A stretch of DNA of 64,000 bases from an uncultured Solirubrobacteraceae bacterium (GTDB lineage Bacteria > Actinomycetota > Thermoleophilia > Solirubrobacterales > Solirubrobacteraceae): NCBI GenBank assembly GCA_963800815.1, contig CAWDCP010000002.1, positions 12,437 to 76,436 of the forward strand, read 5' to 3'. A program made the position numbers and the translations under genes. The notes beneath the pieces are model-generated. The model searched no databases and was not told where the DNA came from. It worked only from the letters and a program-made list of their open reading frames with translations. The stretch's first letter is position 1. Every line of letters starts with the position of its first letter. Shown here piece after piece: positions 60,053-64,000 of this stretch.

Positions 60053-60954
60053 GCGACCGCGCCCCCGACTCCCGGCACTTCACCGCCGAGGAGCACGCCG
60101 CTGAGGCGCCGATGAAGGCGCGGGCGGGGATCTCCTCGCCACGGTCCGCCCTGCGCCGGGAGACCTCGCCCCACGCGCACAAGTTCCGCATCGCCACCGC
60201 CGCGCTGGTGGGGATCGCGATCGTTGCGATTGCGATCGCGATCGGGGCGGGCACGCACAAGAGCGCGACCGTGCAGTCGTCGCAGTGGTCGGACTGGTCG
60301 CCGCCGGACAACGGCTCGCTGGGCGCGCGGGAGATCGCCGACCACCTCGCGCCGCTGTACCGGATCTCGTCCGTCGATCAGCTCGCCGTGGTCACGGTCG
60401 TCAATCTCAGCGACCCCAGCAACCCCCTGAAGGTGGCGGTGCGCTCGGACCCGAGCTCGAGCTCGGTGTCGGTGCTCAGCGGCAACACGATCGCCTACAA
60501 CCTGTGCGGGATCGGCGGCAGCAACTGCGCGATCGGAGTGGGTCAACCGTCGGCCGACCGCCTGCTGCTGCTCCGCCGCGAGGCGCTCGAGCTGGCCATG
60601 TACACGTTCAAGTACATCAGCGGAACCCAGAACGTGGTGGCGATCCTGCCGCCCGGCCATACGACCACCACGAGCACGCTGACCACCCGTCCCCCCACCT
60701 CCAACTCGAGCGCGACCACGAAGCCGCTGACCATGGCGCTGCTGTTCGTCAAGCAGGAGCTGCAGCCGTTCCTGGCTCAGCCGCTGGGGGCGATCCTGCC
60801 CGAGCAGTTCCCGCCGACGGTATCCCAGATGCGAGCCGCGCCGGAAGCCGGACTGGTCGACCAGATCACCGCCCGCGGCCTCTTCTCCCAGAGCCTCGTG
60901 CAGGCTCAGGACGGCAGCACGCTGATCATGCTCGATCCGCTGCCGCCGCAGTGA
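60049..60954 (+). CDS. Single-pass membrane protein of unknown function
   Basis: ATGA overlap with the FtsH-like gene; one TM; CGIGGSNC; Thr/Ser-rich loop. Confidence 0.85.
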   Translation: MSDRAPDSRHFTAEEHAAEAPMKARAGISSPRSALRRETSPHAHKFRIATAALVGIAIVAIAIAIGAGTHKSATVQSSQWSDWSPPDNGSLGAREIADHLAPLYRISSVDQLAVVTVVNLSDPSNPLKVAVRSDPSSSSVSVLSGNTIAYNLCGIGGSNCAIGVGQPSADRLLLLRREALELAMYTFKYISGTQNVVAILPPGHTTTTSTLTTRPPTSNSSATTKPLTMALLFVKQELQPFLAQPLGAILPEQFPPTVSQMRAAPEAGLVDQITARGLFSQSLVQAQDGSTLIMLDPLPPQ

Positions 60955-60999
60955 CCTCGCCGGCACCGTGAGCACGACCCCGGCGAGGCCCGGCCGCCG

Positions 61000-61401
61000 G
61001 TGAAGCAGCGCGAGGCGCGCGCGGCCCTGGCGCGGGCGAAGGCACGGCTTGACCCGCTCGCGCTCTACCCGCGCCCCGTGGCCATCGATCACGTGCACGT
61101 GCTGACGGTTCCGTGGCTGTTCCGAGCGCCGTGGTTCCGGCGCTTCGACGGCTACGCGATGTGGAACCTGATCCTGTTGCGCTCAGCCGCGCTCGAGCGC
61201 GACGACGAGCTGATCCGCCACGAGCTCTGCCACGTGTGGCAGATGCAGCACCGGCCGCTGCGGATGCCGCTGTCCTATGTGCGGGTCGGGTACGCCGCCA
61301 ACCCATACGAGGAGGAGGCGCGCCGCGCCGCCTCGTCCGCCTCACTCGGCTCGTCCGGCTCATCCGGCGCGTCCGCCTCGTCCGGCTCGCCGCGCTCATA
61401 G
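61000..61401 (+). CDS. Small HExxH zincin-like protein (DUF4157-like)
   Basis: LIRHELCHVWQ and YAANPYEEEA. Confidence 0.75.
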   Translation: MKQREARAALARAKARLDPLALYPRPVAIDHVHVLTVPWLFRAPWFRRFDGYAMWNLILLRSAALERDDELIRHELCHVWQMQHRPLRMPLSYVRVGYAANPYEEEARRAASSASLGSSGSSGASASSGSPRS

Positions 61402-61556
61402 CCCGGGCAGGCAAGCACAGGGAGGCGCGGGTAGCGCGGGAAGCGATCGGGTTCGTCACGGGAGCGCCGGCAGAGCGAGAACACCGAGCCGCGCGTGTTG
61501 CGCACGATCCGCTGATGGCGGCAGGAGTCGCACAGGCCGACGGGAGGCGCGCTCAT
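61275..61556 (-). CDS. Small four-Cys putative metal-binding protein
   Basis: GLCDSCRH..FSLC..RYPRLPVLACPGYE. Confidence 0.7.
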   Translation of the reverse strand: MSAPPVGLCDSCRHQRIVRNTRGSVFSLCRRSRDEPDRFPRYPRLPVLACPGYERGEPDEADAPDEPDEPSEADEAARRASSSYGLAAYPTRT

Positions 61557-61602
61557 CGGAAGGCCGCGGCGAGTGGACCGCTCCCAAGGCGAGCCCGCGC
61601 CC

Positions 61603-64000
61603 TCACCGTCGCGTGAGCTCCTCCAGGAGCAGGACGAAGGACGCGTAGGGGCGGCCGGTCACCTGCTCGAGTCCGAGCTCGCAGGTGCGGTTGCTGCTCA
61701 CGCAGGCGTCGAAGTGGCGGCCCTCGAGCTCCCGGGCGACGTCGCCGACGGCCGACTGCGGCAGCTCGGGATGGAGCAGGCCGCGATCACCGGCCATGCC
61801 GCAGCAGCTCGTGGCCACGGGGACGGTCACGTCATCGGCGAGCCGCTGCACGATCGCCACCAGCCGTCCGTCGAGGCCGAGGTGGCCGGCCGAGCAGGTC
61901 GGATGTACGGCGACCGAGGCGACGCGGGCGCCGATCTCGAGCCGGTCGAGCAGCCGGTCGTGGACCCAGGCGATCGAGTCGAGGATCTCGATCTGTGCGA
62001 AGCGATCGCGCGCCTCCGGCTCGAGCGCTGCGGACATGTCGCCGAGCAGCCCGTGGGCGCACGAGCTGGCGTCGATGACGACGGGGAGCGCGCCCCCATC
62101 ACTCCAGCGCCAAAGCGCCGCCGCGGTCCGCCGAGCCATGAACGCGTGCCCGCGCGCGTAGCCCTTCGAGCTCCAGGGCGTGGCGCAGCAGTGACCGGCA
62201 GCGTCCTCGGGGATCCACAGCGGCAGGCCGGCGCGGTCAGAGACGGCGACGAGGGCCTCGGGCAGGGTCGGGTGAGCGGCGAGCCGGTCGGGGTTGCCGA
62301 AGATGCGGTTGATGCAAGCCGGGAGGTACACGGCCGCCGCACGCTCACGTGTGGTGGCGGGCAGCGCGGCGGGCGCCGCCGGCGGCATGCTCGCGGGCCA
62401 GGTCGGCACGAGCTCGGTGCTGACCCGACGCCGCAGCGCGTCTGGGATAGCCGCCACCGTGCGGTCGCCGAGCACCCGAGCGGTGGCGTGGGCGCTGCGG
62501 ACACCGGCGCGCGCGAGGCGCTCCACGGCGCCGTAGCGCTGGGCGATCCGCAGGGCGACGGTCTCCTCGCGGGGGGTGCGCTCGGCGCGCCGCAGCTCCT
62601 TGATCAGCGCGCCGGTATCGATCCCGACCGGACAGGCGGCACTGCACGTGCCGTCGGCCGCGCAGGTCTGGATGCCGTCGTGCTCGTACTGCTCGAGCAG
62701 GGCGGTGAGCACGGGTGAGGCGGCGGGCTGGCGCACCATCTCGCGCCGGATCACGATCCGCTGGCGGGGCGTCGTGGTGACGTTGCGGCTCGGGCACACC
62801 GGCTCGCAGAACCCGCACTCGATGCACTTGGTGACCGCGGGCTCGATCTCCGGGGTGGACTTGAGGTTGCGCAGATGGGCGCCGGCGTCGCGGTTCAGGA
62901 CGACGCCGGGGGCGAGGATCCCGTCGGGATCGGCGAGCTCCTTGACGCGCCACATCAGCTCGGTGGCCTTCGGGCCCCATTCGCGCTCGACGTACGGTGT
63001 CATGTTGATGCCGGTGCCGTGCTCGGCCTTGAGCGAGCCGTCGTACTTGCCGACGATCAGCTCGACCAGGGCGTGCATGAACGCCTCGTAGCGGTCGAGG
63101 TCGGCCTGCTCGCCGAAGTTCGGCGTGAGCAGGAAGTGGAGGTTGCCCGCCGAGGCGTGGCCGGCGACGCCCTGCAGGAACCCGTGCTCGCCGAGCAGCG
63201 CCTGGAGGTCCTTGGCCCCCTCGGCGATCCGCTCGGGCGGGAAGCAGACATCCTCGATGATCAGCGAGATGCCGGGCGGGAGCATCGCGGCGAGCAGGCC
63301 CTGCATGCCCTCGCGCACGCGCCAGAACAGCTCCACCTCCTCCGGCTCGCGCGTGAAGCGGGGCGGGTCGATGACCTCGCCGGCGGCGAGGATCTCGAGT
63401 CCCCGTTGCTCGAGGGCGTCGAGCCCGGCCTGCTCCTCGGCGCTGAACTCGACCAGGAGCGCGGCCGCCGTGGGCGGCAGCTCCTTCCAGCGCGCGGGTG
63501 TGCCGGGCATGTTCCAGGCCGCGGCGATCAGTGTCGGGGCGACCATCAGCTCGGTCGCCGTCGCCCCGGCGGCGACCAGCTCCGGCACGGCAGCAGCGGC
63601 GGCGTCGACGTCGGCGAAGAAGGTGAGCGACACGGTCGTGTGGGCGCGGAGCGGCAGCGTCTCGAGCACCGCCTCGCCGATCATGGCCAGCGTCCCCTCG
63701 GAGCCGATGACCAGGCGCCGGAAGATCTCGAGCGGGGTATCGGCATCGAGGAACGCGCACAGGCGGTAGCCGGTCGTGTTCTTGATCGCGAACTTGCGGG
63801 CGATCCGCTCGCTCAGCTCCGGATCGACCCGGATCTCGTCGCGGATCAGCTCGAGGCCGCGGGCGAGCTCGGGGGCCGCCTGCGCGAACTGCTGCTCGGC
63901 GCCGGGGGCGGCGGTGTCGATCACGGCGCCGCCGGCCAGCACGAGCGTCATCGACCGCACGGTCCTGTACGCGTCGGCGGTCACGCCGCAGCGCATGCCG
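61603..64000 (-). CDS. FAD-binding, Fe-S-binding oxidoreductase (D-lactate dehydrogenase Dld-II-like), 5' end outside the window
   Basis: KNTTGY, GSEGTL, GNLHF, KAEHGTG, CIECGFCEPVCP, CAADGTCSAACP, CCG domains. Confidence 0.92.
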   Translation of the reverse strand, partial: GMRCGVTADAYRTVRSMTLVLAGGAVIDTAAPGAEQQFAQAAPELARGLELIRDEIRVDPELSERIARKFAIKNTTGYRLCAFLDADTPLEIFRRLVIGSEGTLAMIGEAVLETLPLRAHTTVSLTFFADVDAAAAAVPELVAAGATATELMVAPTLIAAAWNMPGTPARWKELPPTAAALLVEFSAEEQAGLDALEQRGLEILAAGEVIDPPRFTREPEEVELFWRVREGMQGLLAAMLPPGISLIIEDVCFPPERIAEGAKDLQALLGEHGFLQGVAGHASAGNLHFLLTPNFGEQADLDRYEAFMHALVELIVGKYDGSLKAEHGTGINMTPYVEREWGPKATELMWRVKELADPDGILAPGVVLNRDAGAHLRNLKSTPEIEPAVTKCIECGFCEPVCPSRNVTTTPRQRIVIRREMVRQPAASPVLTALLEQYEHDGIQTCAADGTCSAACPVGIDTGALIKELRRAERTPREETVALRIAQRYGAVERLARAGVRSAHATARVLGDRTVAAIPDALRRRVSTELVPTWPASMPPAAPAALPATTRERAAAVYLPACINRIFGNPDRLAAHPTLPEALVAVSDRAGLPLWIPEDAAGHCCATPWSSKGYARGHAFMARRTAAALWRWSDGGALPVVIDASSCAHGLLGDMSAALEPEARDRFAQIEILDSIAWVHDRLLDRLEIGARVASVAVHPTCSAGHLGLDGRLVAIVQRLADDVTVPVATSCCGMAGDRGLLHPELPQSAVGDVARELEGRHFDACVSSNRTCELGLEQVTGRPYASFVLLLEELTRR

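Overview
High-GC (about 70% by eye) actinobacterial DNA, most consistent with Thermoleophilia/Solirubrobacterales (inference from gene content and the style of the secreted proteins). Left part (1-27.5 kb) is accessory-rich: an M23 peptidase and two tandem TAP-like hydrolases, a NERD gene, a tRNA(CAT) 3'-half with integrase att-site architecture at about 6.3 kb, an arsR-arsM/arsC arsenic cluster, rnhA, a dacB-type PBP4, a large LuxR-AAA regulator followed by a glycosyltransferase and an apparently inactive alpha/beta hydrolase, and a GT39. The middle (27.8-43.9 kb) is housekeeping-like: gpx, aceE-aceF-lpdA, AbiEi/DUF559, amidase, Crp, RsbW/STAS, lon, gabD. A 44.7-54.8 kb block encodes three large secreted proteins (YVTN propeller-PKD; 8 x 59-aa Cys repeat-Ig; GH5-Ig-IPT joined to half a trypsin gene) sharing a basic C-terminal domain. 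The right end holds a serine hydrolase, DUF429, a divergent 4-TM FtsH-like protease operon and a partial FAD/Fe-S D-lactate dehydrogenase-like gene. At least five genes are broken by single-base losses at G/C positions, probably sequencing errors. No CRISPR array, rRNA, intact tRNA, transposase or integrase was seen. Best novelty candidates: the shared C-terminal surface domain, the FtsH-like operon, the variable-residue repeat protein, and the split glycosyltransferase/pseudo-hydrolase operon. All family calls come from motif recognition, not database searches.
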